From Bispira polyomma (lineage: Eukaryota): a stretch of DNA of 64,000 nt. A program made the position numbers and the translations under genes. Numbering within the stretch: position 1 is the first letter of the stretch; each line of letters starts with the position of its first letter. Below the pieces are notes generated by a model. The model was given only the letters and a program-made list of their open reading frames with translations, did no database searches and had not been told where the DNA came from. Where the stretch lies: the NCBI GenBank assembly GCA_965649765.1, contig OZ287752.1, positions 40,548,001-40,612,000 on the forward strand, written 5' to 3'. Below are positions 45,133 to 59,610 of the stretch, one piece after another.

Positions 45133-45590
45133 TTGATGTATTAAAGGTAACTTAAATAATAGTTATGACTTTGATGTATTAAAGGTAACTTAAATAATAG
45201 TTACCACTTTGATGTATTAAAGGTAACTTGAATAATAGTTATGACTTTGATGTATTAAAGGTAACTTAAATAATAGTTATCACTTTGATGTATTAAAGGT
45301 AACTTGAACAATAGTTATGACTTTGATGTATTAAAGGTAACTTAAATAATAGTTATCACTTTGATGTATTAAAGGTAACTTGAACAATAGTTATGACTTT
45401 GATGTATTAAAGGTAACTTAAATAATAGTTATCACTTTGATGTATTAAAGGTAACTTAAATAATAGTTATCACTTTGATGTATTAAAGGTAACTTGAACA
45501 ATAGTTATGACTTTGATGTATTAAAGGTAACTTAAATAATAGTTATCACTTTGATGTATTAAAGGTAACTTAAATAATAGTTATCACTTG
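45133..45590. repeat. 38-bp minisatellite, 12 copies
   Basis: Unit TTGATGTATTAAAGGTAACTTAAATAATAGTTATCACT, with copies starting every 38 bp from 45133 to 45551. Confidence 0.97.
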
Positions 45591-47399
45591 GTGCAGTTAT
45601 GAACAGCATTGTTATCTATTGGGCTTTGACACTATTACCCCAGCCTGTGTTCTTCAATCTGTCAACCAATTGTTCAGTCTCAACTCCCTAAAGAAGCATA
45701 CTGTGCCATGCTGTCACACATACAGTGCAAAGACTAACACACATTACCCATTTATACACCTGGATAGAGAGGGGCAACTTTGTGTAAAGTACCTTGTCCA
45801 AGGGTACAATCACCTGGACCCTCAGAGCCATCAGATCTAAAGTCAAACACTTTAACTGCTAGGCCGAATAGATCAACGTTTTTTGTTAGTTTGTCATTAG
45901 CTATGGTAAACTTACATTTTAGTTACCCCTTTTCATTCTTCTATTTTTTAATCTTTAATTTTAGTTCACTATCTGGGACTCAGCTACTGTAGTAGTAGTA
46001 GGCATAGTTATTTATTTTGTGTGACAAAAATATAGGGGCAATTAAGAGTTTATTCTAAAAACCCTATCAAATGTAGCTTACGTAAAATCTACTAACATTG
46101 CTGTATTTAGTTATTGTTACATACAAATCTGTGGTAAACTCACACACAATGTATCAGATGGTTCAATATAATCCTAAATCCTAATAATAATCCTAATACA
46201 CTTTTATGGCACTTAATCTCTGAAAATAACCATATTCTAAAGGCGGAATATAGTGATAGCATTTATAATGGTTTCCTGATAGAATTATCAATGTTTTTAT
46301 GCTTACATAGATTTTATAGCATTACAATATAAGTCTCTGACTGTGTATATGATAATACACGTACCATGCTGTATTGCCCATGACGCCTGCTATGAGCCCT
46401 GCTGACATCCACGTTTTCCTAGCATTTGTTAGCAGATTATGTTCTCAAATTGCCTCTACAATTCTAATATCAATAATTTTGCAAAGTCAACACTGTAACA
46501 TCATAGGCCATGTCCTAATCAATCTGGTCATGCACATTTATATTAGTCATCAGTAATATGTATATATATATATATTGCACGGCAGTCATAAATAGAACCC
46601 TCCCCCCAGTCCATATAATCCAAATTTCCATCAAGCAGAAAGATAGCAGAAAGATACACATAACCAGTACGGGATATGAGGCAAAATCAAAGAGTATAAA
46701 GCTCATAAATACTAATAACCAATCAGAAAATTATGTCTTATTTGATTTGAGTCACTATGTTGAGCTGTATTGATCTTGGTGCAAGTATGTGCTAATAGTT
46801 AGGGTATGGACATAACTATGTTACAATCTTACTGATTATGGGGGGATTTCTAATCAGTGTATATTGGCTGTTGTCTTATAACTTATGGTGTAGCATCAGA
46901 TCTGGGACCATTCCAATTGATAATTATAACCCACAGATTATTAATGAATTGTTTGGTAATTATTCAGACCAAAGGAACTGGATTCCATCGTGTTTGATGC
47001 TAACTAATTGGTGTTTACTGTATGAACCACCTCTGTAATAAAGACTCACATCATAGTAATTTGCAGTTAACTCATAATTTTAGTCTTACAACTTTGTCCT
47101 TTATGGTACCACTACACTACCGAGGCCCTATACAAGTAACAAAACCGATAATAAATAATTCAAGCAATATAGACTCTAGCATTTTGTCTGAATGGTACAC
47201 AACAATGGATATGACAGCGTGGCTGGAACGTAATTCAAACCAATCTGAGTATCATATTACTGCTGACATTGCCTTAAGGGATTTACTAAAAAGTCAAATT
47301 TACCTCACTGGCCATTTCAATCCACATCTTGTGTTTTTATCTTTGTTTATAAATATTCCTGAATTTAGGCTGATATAAAACAATAAGATATTGCCTGCG

Positions 47400-47740
47400 G
47401 TTGAGGTAAGAGAAATTTTAAAGTTAATTACTTCCCTGGCGGTAAATGCACTGATTAGGAGTTATCTGGATGACTGCAACTCTTTGCTGTATGCAGTTAT
47501 TGAGGTTACTTCAGTAAAGCCTCAAACGGCGAAAATTCCCTCTCTTTTGTGTTGTGTATCAAATTGACTGAAATCAGACACGTATCTCAATGGTTATCCA
47601 TAGAACATTCATCGGCTGGTTACGACTGAAATCTGATGAAGATCCGTTTCTCCTATCGGACTATTTTTTGGCATATTGACTGGAATGTGCACCACAGAGG
47701 ATGACTGGTCATTGTATGTGGCGCTATAAAGTGTTAACAA
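47400..47740 (+). mobile_element. L2/CR1-like LINE 3' remnant
   Basis: Encodes AVNALIRSYLDDCNSLLY and ends in GCGCTATAAA plus a TAA-like tail. Confidence 0.55.
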
Positions 47741-49229
47741 TAACAGTAAATAATGTTTGGTACAATCATTTGGTCTTTAAGTTCATCAATCTTAATCAAC
47801 CTCCTTATTTGTCTTATCCCATCGGGAATAGTGGCTTAACACATGTAGTCAGTGTCTAATTGATGTCCAAACTAGTGGATTTGTAAATGTGGCTTTTCCT
47901 TTTTTACTCTAATTGAGTGCAATAAACTGCCACAAGTTGTAAGATTGCTAAATAATTCAACTAGTTCTTTTAACATTTAATTAAAAACGTTCCCTTCTAG
48001 GGTTGCCGACCTTCTACCATGGACTCTTTCTGAAGCCAATCTAACTTTATTCCTCTACCCCTATTTAAAGAACTATCGCATTAAAGGATGTTTCATCAAT
48101 TTGGCACTTTATAAATCCATCTATTGTTATTATTCATCATTAGTACTTGTTAGACATAACAGGGTTGAACACTGTAGATGCTGCCATCGAGAGCTTATCT
48201 AAATCTCTAATCTCAAAAACCATATATCCTGATAGTAAATTGTTTGATAATTTGAAGACATCATCACACTTGGGTATCACATAATTATAACCCACAGCTA
48301 TTGTGGAAGTCTAATTTGGACTCATGGATTCAGGGCACAAATATTTTGTTGACAGAATTGGCCAATGCTAATGAAAGGATTTTCTGAGTTAATCAAAAAA
48401 TAAAATTACAATTACAACTCCACATGACTTAGACATTTTACCATAAAGTACAAACAATACAACACAGAAAGGACAAGTAAATGTCCAAAAATAACAATGT
48501 TACAAAGACAAAAAACATACTGCATACTATTTAAAACATTTTAACATGTCAAAACCGAAAATCAAACTATTTCAATTTCTCAACATATCAGTTTGTTATA
48601 GATTTTGTCAAAATGTATTAAATTTAGTTAATATTTATTACTGTTTTACACTTTGTTTAACGACATGTTGTGTACAAGTTGCTTAATGTTAAAAAAAGCA
48701 ATGATATATCTATCTATTGTTCGGCGATTGATTTCTATGTACAAGGTCAAGAAATAAAAAAAACATCATCCTTAAGTTTATGATATAGATATGTGTCTGC
48801 AGTAATACATTTAAAAAGAAATAATCACAAAAAACACCAAAGTTTAACTTTTTTCTAATTACTTGTGCTATAGAATGCTAAGTGTGTGCTATAGTGCTAT
48901 AGTGCTAAGAATATAACATCAAAATGCAAAAAAGGCTCTTTAACTCCATACATGAAAACGACTTTAGTTACATCCAAACAAATTTGCTTATTTAAAAATA
49001 TGTTTCGTGTTAATTGTCATGTTTGTTGTTTCCATTGTTAAAAAGGATTCCTGCACTGGGGAAAAGACTAGGATAAAAACGTGGCAAGAGATTACAAAAG
49101 AAAAAAAATATATATATATAAAGCTATGTTTCGTAGAAATACTATCTTAATATTGTTCGACATAAATCTGAACCAGATTAAATTTATTCAGAGTGCAGTA
49201 AAACAAGTGAATAAATACCGATCAAATCC

Positions 49230-49600
49230 ACCCTTTATCAAGTACCGCATCATTTTCAAAACCAATGTGACTACATGCAAACTGTAAACCTTTGTCAGCC
49301 CCCATATCTTGCCTCATTGCTGTCTTTCAGAAGGCTTAACACGAAAAAACATAATTTCAGCCTTTGCAGCACCTACCCTGTGAAATCATTTACCCGCCAA
49401 TATAACACCACAGGAAACCCTTTCCAGTTTCAGAACTAACATTGAGACTTATCTCTTTACCCTTGTATACCCTCCATAGACATCTCATCCATGTCAACCC
49501 CGACCACACATTTGCATTGGAAACAGACTATAATTTTAACAATTTTGTCAATGATGTTGTGCTTGAGAAGATGCCTGGCATCAATAAGATGCGTTAAAAA
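49230..49600 (+). mobile_element. L2/CR1-like LINE 3' remnant
   Basis: Encodes IKYRIIFK and AF(A)APTL*NHLP...FRTNIETYLF-like segments. Confidence 0.55.
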
Positions 49601-51384
49601 TCGAACATATTATGTCATAATTTCCCACTGACCAATCTCAATCCCCTTGTTGGCTTGTTATATATGTTACTTAGGCTGTGTTGCTACTTAGTAGTTATTA
49701 CATGGTATAGCAATAGTGTTTTCATTAGTAATAGGGCTATTTTTCATATATTATCATGCATTTCGTTGCCATGACAACTTCTAAGTGCATTCATTGACCT
49801 TTTGGTGTAACTGGGTTGTCAAGGTCTTTGCCATGGTAACATTAATTGTAAATGTCACTTTGAATGCATAAACAAAACTTTAAGTTTATCATGTCTCTAA
49901 GCTTCTATTTACACTGTAACATCATTATATCTGTTTTGAACCGTTTTAACCTTTTGCCGGGAACTAATTAATTTCTCATTAATAGGTGATAGCTAAAGTG
50001 ACTAAAATACACACCACAGACTACTTCTGGCATTTAGTAACCACCTCGCATATAATTTTTAAATAAGGGAGTCTGCTGTACTAGAAATTCTCTATTGGAA
50101 CAAAAAATAAATTAAAATAATATTTTGTACCGTTGTAGGGGCCAAAAGGAACCAAACGTGATACACTGTCAATAGTTTGCCCCGACAATTTCTACACAAG
50201 TTCCCATGCAATTTCAAGCTATCAAATTGCACAAGTTTTGTTGTATTTTATTTTACTTTCAAAGATGTATGACTCTATTTAAATGTTGTCACATCCTAAT
50301 CATAAACAAGGTATTGCTTTCCGTATTCTACAATGTAACATTACACCAATTAAACTTTATAAGAAAAAAAATCTTTACTATTTTATCATAGAACACGACA
50401 TGGGGAAGAAAAATTCTATTGCTACATTGCAAGCCAGATTGTCGTGTCAATTGCCTTTAAAACTGCAAAATACTTTAACGTCAGACTAAAAAATAACAGA
50501 CTTAACAAAAGAGAATATTCTTTCAGCAATGCTATATGTTGGTGTGTGAGATATGATTATTTTCTTAAATCTACTCGGTGTTATTTATTAGATCAATTGA
50601 AAATGTTTGAAATGGTAAACACAATATGGTATAATAGTCACAAAACATAAAAGATATTGCTTAAAATGTGCTCCTAATGGTAACCTTTCCAATTTCTTAC
50701 AATGTATACTAAGAACAGAATCATGATGATAATGCGCTATTTTTGAACTGGTGGGGAAGCAAAAAGTGTGGCTTAAATTGTCAAACAAAATTATTGTAAA
50801 GTTACTTTATTTAAGTTATTTTTTTTATTTTCAAATATAAGCATCTTTCTTGACTAAAATTGCCATCTCTACTGCTTCAGCTACTGTGATATGCCACTGG
50901 GCAGTATCATAAATTATGTGTGAATTCAAGAGGTGTTAGGACACCAGTTTCTCCCCAAACGTGTGCCAGCGGCATTGACTGTTGAAGTTTGATTTGGGAC
51001 CTTACTTTAAATCCAGGAGTTTAGAAAAAGTTTATTCGCATTAGTAATTTACTAACCTTAAACTCAGGACTTAAATACTCAAGACAGCCCCAATATTTTT
51101 GTGTGTTCTATTCAGGCACCAGTACATAGGACATCACCATTAGTAAGCTAACAGCATAGTCCCCAGGCTTAATTAGGGGCATGGGATATCATTAGGTATT
51201 CATAATCTACTTCCCACAAACTTGTATAGTGCCTCGCACCTGCTTAATAATTTTGTCTTATTTGTTCTAATTTCAGCTTGTAATGATACCAGCAGTTGGG
51301 ATATATATATTTTTTTATTTATTCTACTTTCTAAACTATGTACAGATTGTATAAATTTATATTTAATAATTTATATTTAATAAA

Positions 51385-52010
51385 CAGAAAGGTCACCTTA
51401 AGAGTTTGCGTTCACCATAACTTGAGTTTACGTTTACTAAAACTGAGATTAAGTTTACTTTACTTTATTTACAAGTCATTACTTAGACTGAGTTAAAGTT
51501 AATGTTATTAGTTTAAGTTACATAAACTTTAAGGTGAACATGACTTTTTGAGGTTAGCATACATTTGAAATTTAAGGTGACCTTAAGATTTGACTGTGTA
51601 TTTAAAATATGAATGTAAAAATGTAAATATACTATCTTCCCTCAATTTTCCTTGAGTAGTCCTGGGCTTCCAAATCATATATACATGATTAAACATTGAC
51701 ACGAGAACCTGACTTATTTCATGTTTATGGTATTGCAGTGAGAAATGGATTATGCTGTCTCCAACTGCTGTCAATAGTCGATTTGGGGCGTCGGTGGCCA
51801 GTCTGACTTCACCCTATCTAACGTGTTTGACCTTAAGCAAACTAGCCAGAGCCTAATGACCCTTGTAGCACAAGTATAGCTACATTAGGGTATAGTAGTT
51901 AATTCTATGTTAATCTAAAATATATATGTACAAACTCAAGGTATAAGTTTAAGGCCACCTTACTGAGTTTAAAATGATTTAACTGAGTTTAAGGTTTAAC
52001 TTAAGTATGA
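51385..52010. repeat. TTAAGG/CCTTAA-rich tracts resembling the Ngaro B repeat (possible solo remnant)
   Basis: Words shared with 9918-10390: GGTCACCTTAA, CTGAGTTTAA, AGTTTAAGGT, GGTGACCTTAA. Confidence 0.4.
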
Positions 52011-54199
52011 CATTGCAATACCATGTGGATTGTATATGAGGGAGGTTGTCACAATACTTGCTGGACCGTTGGTGGTGTTTGAAGCAGTAGAAACCGTTGA
52101 CTACCTACCCTGCTCTGATGTCATCAAACACATTATACTGTATCTGACTGCTGTTGTTTCTAACAGTGGATGGGGGGACATCGGGGTAATCTATGTGGGA
52201 AAGCTGTCACCGGACCTGCTGGAGGTTGGAAGATCAGAAATCCTTGACCAACTACCATGATCTAATTTCCCCCCACCAGTGAATTGCCCATCTGCCTAAT
52301 TCTTCCTTCGTCACTTATAAGAGTGCACCTCCTTATGTTCAGTCAACAATGGGATTTGTGGATAATCCTTTGTGGTCTGGTTGCCTGTTTACATACACCA
52401 ATAAGCCATCCATACACATTAAAATCATATATTTCTCTGTGTGACAAGCGTATCCTTCTAAATTGGCCCCAAAATGGATGGCCAAAGTTATTTCATACTG
52501 ATAATTGTGTGCAACAAAATTTGAGTTACATTTTATCACAATTTGCGGCTTTAGATACCGAACAAAATAGTGAAAAATGATTAGAGTGGGACTACAAATA
52601 AGTAAGGTATTCCTAAAAACTGTATGTTGTAAAATAAATGATCTTCCCTCATTGATGTGTACAGATGACGAAATTGTAAATCTGAAGCAGCTTGAGGTTA
52701 AGTGCCCTAAAAGGTTACAGCATTAGAACAGCTAAGCCATATTCCCTGTGAATTAAAAGCCAATGCTTCTAAACTATCTTATAATGATATACAAAGTACA
52801 ACTCTCCTTCCATTATATACAGTCAATGGCATTGTTTTATTCAAGTTTAACAGCCCAATCGGACATAATGAGACTTCTTTACAACTCCAAGAAGACACCA
52901 ACCCTCTGAAGAGTTTAGCTTCTTACAAACCAGATAAAGTTCATTATGGACTACTTTGTCGAGCATATTGTCAATGCATTTTCTTTTGAAGAGGAAAGAG
53001 ATAGAACGCTGGAATAAATTGTAGTGTGTGAATGCTTAATGAGGACATCTTGTATGTATTAATTAACCCATAGAGTACACTAGCTGAATAGACAGAGCTT
53101 GTTACTGGCAGCTTTAAAGGTCCCCAATCAATACTTTGTTGTCTACATTGGCTTACAGTTTCTTAAGTAAGGCTGCACGCAAGGTTATGTTTTTTACTGG
53201 CGATAGGTGTATCACAACGATACATATAAATCTTTATCTGAAACTGAATACTTTAAGTCTCATGTGAGAGGCGTCAGGGCAAGATCAAAGAAAGTCAGTA
53301 AAATTATGTAGGATGTATTACTTATTTACTTAAAAGCACAATACATAAACCTTCGCACAAAAATGTTCTCAAACTAATTGTCATTGAGAGAAAATCACCT
53401 TGTGGCCTAGTTGAGATGATTATATATCTCTGATTGTAATCTAGTGGGTACATAGGTTCCTTAGGAAGGCAAAGCTCCTGGGTTTGATCCAAGTCTGGCT
53501 CTCCCACATACAGACATATGCTTAGTACCTCTGGTGACAAGTTAAAATGGCAGTCTTCCGTAGCTTCTGTGGCTTATTGGGTTTAGAAGGTCACTGACCC
53601 TGGTTGGTTTTACTTAATGATAGGTTATTTTGTGCTTTGAGGGCAATAATACTTTCAGCATGTTTGTTTATTGTTGAATTTTGTAACACTAACTACCCAT
53701 TGTGTATTGAAATGTATTTTTTCCACGTGGAAAACCTTTGTGGAAGTTTAAACACCAAATACATGAGAATTTAGTCTTTGGTAGCATCTGTTTATGTGTA
53801 GAAATTGTATGGACATTGTAAACCCTATCAAGGTGACTCTTATTTGGGTTATTTAGCTGCAAATGCCAACACAAGAAATGAAGCCTTTTTGAAGAAAAAG
53901 TGTTTTGGTAATTTGACTTGACTCAGACTACCGAAATAGAATATTATTTCATGATAATAACAACTATATTGTGTCTTTTGTTTGGAAAAATTACGAGACC
54001 TTGGACAGCTATAAAGGAAACTACCAAAAACACAGTAAAAATATTTCAGCTTCACATTTGTATCATAGAGTTGTTGTGATAAATTATTAAGTGTTACTAC
54101 ACCTTTAAAAAAATTGAAAATTTAGAAAATGTATTTCCTTTAAGTATATCTACTGAAATATTTGTAATTACTTAGTCAAAAATGGATGGATATTTTGTA

Positions 54200-54660
54200 T
54201 AAATAGTTATATTAGGTTTGATTTAAATGCCACTCACATTTATGATATCTATTGCATTAACACTGTTACCTACATGTTGGGAAGTATGGCAGGTACTTTC
54301 CGTGGTTTGGTGATACTCATTACAAATGGTACTAGTGTCACCCACCGATAATGTGGTCATCACAATATGAGCCAAGATGTTGGAAGTGACATGAAACCAA
54401 AATCCATTCGAATGCATGTGGAAAACCAAAAACCCAAATCAATTTAAATTGACGTGGAAAGGTATGCCACATAGTGGCCTATAGTAAGTTCTACCTTCCA
54501 GCAGTACTTCAGTCTCTCCTAATATAACCTAAAATGTTGTAAGAAGACAGGGACCACATCAACTAAACAAAGAGCTCGGCTACTGCTTCCAAACATGTAA
54601 TTCATTGGCATCATTAGCTTTATCTGTTGACAGTTGGTGTATACCACCTATGACGTTTAA
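54200..54660 (-). mobile_element. Possible decayed MULE transposase fragment
   Basis: Minus-strand QLST.KA...KQ*P and FPHA../GFWFHVTSNILAHI resemble the MULE QLxxIHA..KQxP and FPxxxxxGCxFH motifs. Confidence 0.35.
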
Positions 54661-57044
54661 TTTTTCTTCACATTAGCAATTTAGAATTGAACTAACATTA
54701 TAAGGGTATGACAGTAATGCCATTCAATAATCATAATAAATATATAACAAAATTCAGACAAAATGGAAATCGCAATGATTAATTTTTACTTTCAACATAA
54801 CATATCAATGATACTTAAAATGCAAATTGATGACAAAAGATTCTATATTGTCAGCCTAGTTAGACAGGTATACCCAGGTATTCACAGCTGCTGATGAAAA
54901 CCTAATGATTATTTTTTTTTTTAGGCCAAGTGTTTTTTGTATATCATTTATTTAATCTACACCAATCAAATTACACCTTAACACATCATTTCTTTTCAGA
55001 TTGGTCTACACACATTTCATGGTTTATCGTAATGCATGATCTCATAAATACTTGGGTATTCATATACACAACTAGTATTCAGATAAAATACTTTCAGTTT
55101 ATAGAGCCAACATGTTTGGTTATTAGCACATTACTACACAGCCCCACACAGGGGGTGAATAATAACTTCAATTTTTGCCACATGTAGCATCCAGATAAAA
55201 TTATATGACCAATACTAACATAGCTGTGCTGCAACATTGCTATGCCATTTGTTACCATAAGTGGTTAGAATCATGTTGTCAGGTACTTCCCATAGGTAGG
55301 TGGTTTAAACTGCTTCAGCATTGACTTACTCCACCATTGAACCTGACTGTCATGATATGACCTGAGCTGTTGAAAGTGACATAAACCCGACTAAAATTGA
55401 TGGTACTTTCACAATATTATCACTAAATATTTTAGTATCAGATTACGTTTAGGTTCAGTTTTACATTTCTCATTCAGTATGAATGACTGTTGATGTGAAA
55501 TGCACTTGCCATAAGCAAAAAGTGACCCCTTTTAAAACAATTTATGAAAGTGGCTTAATGTATCCGTCATGTAGCTTGCATGTTGCATGTCAATGTTTTG
55601 CAAATCCCTGAGACCCTTTCAAAACACTATATAAAAGCAATTGTGATTTTCTATCATGAAAGATGTGACGAATTATATGGCACGTAAGAAGTATGGTTCT
55701 TACATGATGAGTTTCACAGACCCCCCTGTTTTTGCTTATGCACACACAATCATTATCATTATAGCAAAATCTGTCAAGCCATTGTTAAGGGGACAAAAAT
55801 CCTAGGGAGGTAGGTGGGCCAGTCTAAAATGGATATGTTGTAGTTAATTCCTGAAAGAAGTAATTTCTGTCTGGGATTTGATAGATGGTGTGTCCACCTG
55901 AAAGCTGAAGTGTCTTGTTTGTTTATTAGGATAAAAAGTTGCTACATAAAGGAGTATTTTCCCTTGTTAAACCTACTAGACCTGATTAAGGAAGACACAT
56001 ATGATGATTGATTGAATGAGATTTAATTGAAAGTGACAAGGCTGTATTTGAACAGGACGAGATATTTTTAATTGGGAGCCAGTGTAATATGTTAACGAAG
56101 GGACATACTATATGACAAGGAATAGCAGTAGTCTAGACAGCTACTAACCAGTGTGTAAGTCACAATAGGCACAATGTTGAGACATGCATGCCGCTCGCCA
56201 TTTTAACATATATGTACTTATGATGATTAAAAGAAGAAATTGTGCCTTTGGTCTTTGCCCAATTTTCACTGAAAGAAAAATACATTATATGAAGACATTT
56301 CACTGCTAGTTATCACTTATTTTGTGTACCACATCTTGGTTGCAAGCATGCATGTGAGAAATGTGACAGTAGACATTCTGAAAGCTGGGGGTATGTAGTT
56401 TGAAAAGCATGACCGACTACCCTGTGCTCCATTACTCCAGCATTAGTGCAATGCAGCAAAGTATGTCAGTGACGTAGAGTAGCAGTGTGTAGATTCAGTT
56501 AATATATGGCACTGCGTCTACTTCCCACCAAACTCACTGACGATGTGGCGGTAAAATGGAACTAACTGAATTATGATATGATAATCAATGTTACACCACA
56601 ATGAACAAAAGTAACAATAGTTTGTTGTTACAATGTGGGTTCGAATCCTGATTGTTCCTTCATAAGGGAAAGTTTGTCAGGTGTCATAGGTCGGTGCCTT
56701 ACACAGTGCTTCAGTAGAGGTTTCCTTCACCGCGGTGGGGGCTGCAGTGGCTTAGTGGTTAGTAAGCTATTGTTTTGGTGCCTACATTAAAGGTTTCGAG
56801 TTTTAAGGACTGACTATAATAATAATAATAAATGATTATTATTTGATACAGCACAGTTATGATAACATCACTATTATGTAATGCACTTTGCAGATTGCAT
56901 TACCATTTATATTCAGCATCTTTAGTTACATTTGTCTCACATTCTAATCCTGAATTATAACTTTCTGGACAGCCCAAGTACTACCAACCAACACCTGTAA
57001 CTTTCATTCCCACTAACTAGAGACAATGGCTTTACCATTTATCG

Positions 57045-57322
57045 GGGGCCGCGGTGTCCTAGTGGTAAACAAGCATTGTGCTTTACAATCACTGGTCTCT
57101 CACCTCTGGGATCGGCTGGCGTGGGTTTGACTCCTGTAGATGCCTATGTGGGAAAGGTGGTAGTTCCTTACTGTGGGCCACTGGTTTCAGTGCAGAACCT
57201 TGATTAACTGTATGCAGTGTTTCCTCCAGCGTTTCCAACTACCCTTCCTAATATATGTATAACCTGAACAGGTACCAGAGTGGACGTTAAATATCCCAAT
57301 TCGAAAAAAAAAAAAAAAAAAA
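57045..57322 (+). mobile_element. tRNA-derived SINE with poly(A) tail
   Basis: Colinear with the reverse complement of 4097-4364. Confidence 0.9.
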
Positions 57323-57836
57323 TCCTCCACTGTCGTGATATTGAAAGCATCATTAAACCTAAACTAAATTCAATTCAAGATCTATTTACCTGTAGTACTC
57401 CCAGGTATGATTCTTTTGCTTTCTTCATACACAAAAGAGTCACTCTAATGCTCCACACTAGGTGTCAGGCCACTAAGTCACTAGCATGATAGACACAAAT
57501 TTCATGTATAGATGGGATAGGGGGGGGGGGGGGGGGCTAAAGGAAGCCAAATGCAGGAAATAGATAGAATCAATTCAAGTGTGTGGAGATGTGAGTGCTG
57601 ATCACACACATACACACACATTGCATATATAAATGATAGGCTGTGTGTATGGGGAGGCAAGGCATAAAGAAGCCATGCCGAGAGTGCTAAATGTTAACAG
57701 TCATTGGGGGTGGTTGGGTGGTGAAAAAGGCTATAACAGACAGAAAACTGTTAATTTTTCTGCAGATATATGTTTTGGAGTTTTAAAGGATATTATTTGT
57801 TATATATATATGTATACATTCTTCTGTTTCTTCCAG

Positions 57837-57953
57837 ATTGAGGACCAATTGATGACCTCCTGTTTTCTGGGCTTTTGTGTACCTAAGACAGTTTCACCGA
57901 CACACAATACTGCATTCTAATAAAAGGATTATATGTCATCAGGTTTTGGGACT
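57837..57953 (+). other. Candidate 5' UTR exon
   Basis: Acceptor TTCTTCTGTTTCTTCCAG| and donor |GTAAGT; no convincing coding signal. Confidence 0.35.
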
Positions 57954-59528
57954 GTAAGTCAATACAAGAAAATAATTATAAATGAACTCTAATTCTGTGG
58001 ATGAACTAGAAGAAAAAAATCCCATCTATACACCCCACAGTTAGAGAGGTAGTGTGAGTATGTCTTTGGAATTGGAGAGGGATTCTGTTGAATAGCCGAG
58101 AATTAGTTGATCACATAATGAGGTAGAATTGTTAGCTACAACCGGTAATTTTTTTTTTGTAATTAATACCTCCTTGTGTTACAAAAGTTACAAGTGCAGT
58201 TGATTACTTGGCTGATATTCTATATAGATTGAAGGGGGCACACAAAAAAAAAGTAAAAACGGAGAGACTGCAGGATATACATGACATTTTGTTGTAAAGT
58301 TGTGTGTATATTTTTCTTCTAGTTTATATAATGAAGAAGACTAATACTATTACATCAAATGACTATATAAACTTGATCAAATAATTAATCTTGATGTTGC
58401 TGGAATAATGCTTATTTGACTGTTTTTTTTTTGTAAACACTTTTAACAGGTGAAATAGTAGGACAAAAGGTTTGTGAAAAAACAACAAAAAACAACAGCC
58501 CACTGTAGAAACAGTGGCAATAGCACTGTACTATTATTATAGAAATACAAATATAAATTGGAAATCATCTGAAATTACTATAGAAACACAATAGATACAG
58601 CAGAAGCCATATGAAAGAAACAGTTGAATCTAAGACAGTGACGTAAGAAAGGTCAGAAGTATGTTAATAGCATAGCGACCGTATTCATTGGGATTGTTGT
58701 TAATGCGAACGAATTAGCACATCTAGTCATACGTGTTTCATAAACACAGGAAACATATTTTGCTGAGTGTATATAATATATATATATATACCTGTGGAAG
58801 TGTAAAGTGACAAGTGCTAAACAGTATAGAAGGTGTTCTACGTAAAATGTACAGCACCAAGGACTTGCGACTTATATTTGTGTATTGAATTTGTGTTACA
58901 AAACAGTGATTACTACGCCAAATGCTGTAAAAGGTATGTGTACAACAAAAATTTTTTTTGTTCCATTAGAAGATTTTGTAAAAACAACAAAAATAAAGAA
59001 TTTAAAGCTCTGCTATTATTTTTGGTGCCTACATTAAAGACTTGGAATTTGTAGGTCTGACTTATAATAATAATATTATTAATAATATAAAATAATTATC
59101 ATTTGATATAGGGCGGTTATGATAACATCACCGTTATCTAATGCACTTTGCAGATTGCATTACCATTTATAATCAGCACCTTTAGTTACATTTGTTTCAC
59201 ATTCACATTCGAATTATAACTCTCTGGACAGCCCAAGTACAGCCAGCCAACAACTGTAACTGTCATTCCCACTAACTAGAGACAATGGCTTTACCACTTA
59301 TCAATGTCCTCTTTAACCTGCCACTGGAGATAGGACCCAGTGACAGTGGACTGCCAGTTTAAGTGATCATCTGTATGACTATGTACATGTCCTGTAACAT
59401 TGAATGCCAGGTTGGGATCTAACCCACAAAGCCACATTGACAAATATTATGTTTTGTTATGCAGATGCAGTTACAGTTTCATGCTGTGTGGCTCAGGAAT
59501 ACTAGATGTAAATATTTGTATTTTAGAT

Positions 59529-59610
59529 ATGGATGACTATGGTAATGTCACAGTCAATGGGTCATCTATTACCCCGACAAACCAAGGTGCGGACTACCCT
59601 AGATATCCAG
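59529..59610 (+). CDS. Candidate coding exon (MDDYGNVTVNGSSITPTNQGADYPRYP-), possibly a membrane receptor N-terminus
   Basis: Acceptor TGTATTTTAG| ends at 59526, ATG at 59529, donor CAG|GTAAGA at 59611. Two N-glycosylation sequons (NVT, NGS). Confidence 0.4.

Larger units (their letters stand above)
56768..59302. repeat. ~280-bp duplicated segment (56768-57044 and ~59014-59302)
   Basis: Both copies read TTTTGGTGCCTACATTAAAG...(TAA)n...GCACTTTGCAGATTGCATTACCATTTAT...CCCACTAACTAGAGACAATGGCTTTACCA. Confidence 0.9.

Noticed and set aside
45133-45590. CRISPR-like array of ~38-bp repeats
   Set aside because: Units are contiguous with no unique spacers, there are no cas genes, and the context is eukaryotic.
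47625-47670. Hammerhead ribozyme core CTGATGA (also ~18980)
   Set aside because: There is no correctly placed GAAA or closing stems.
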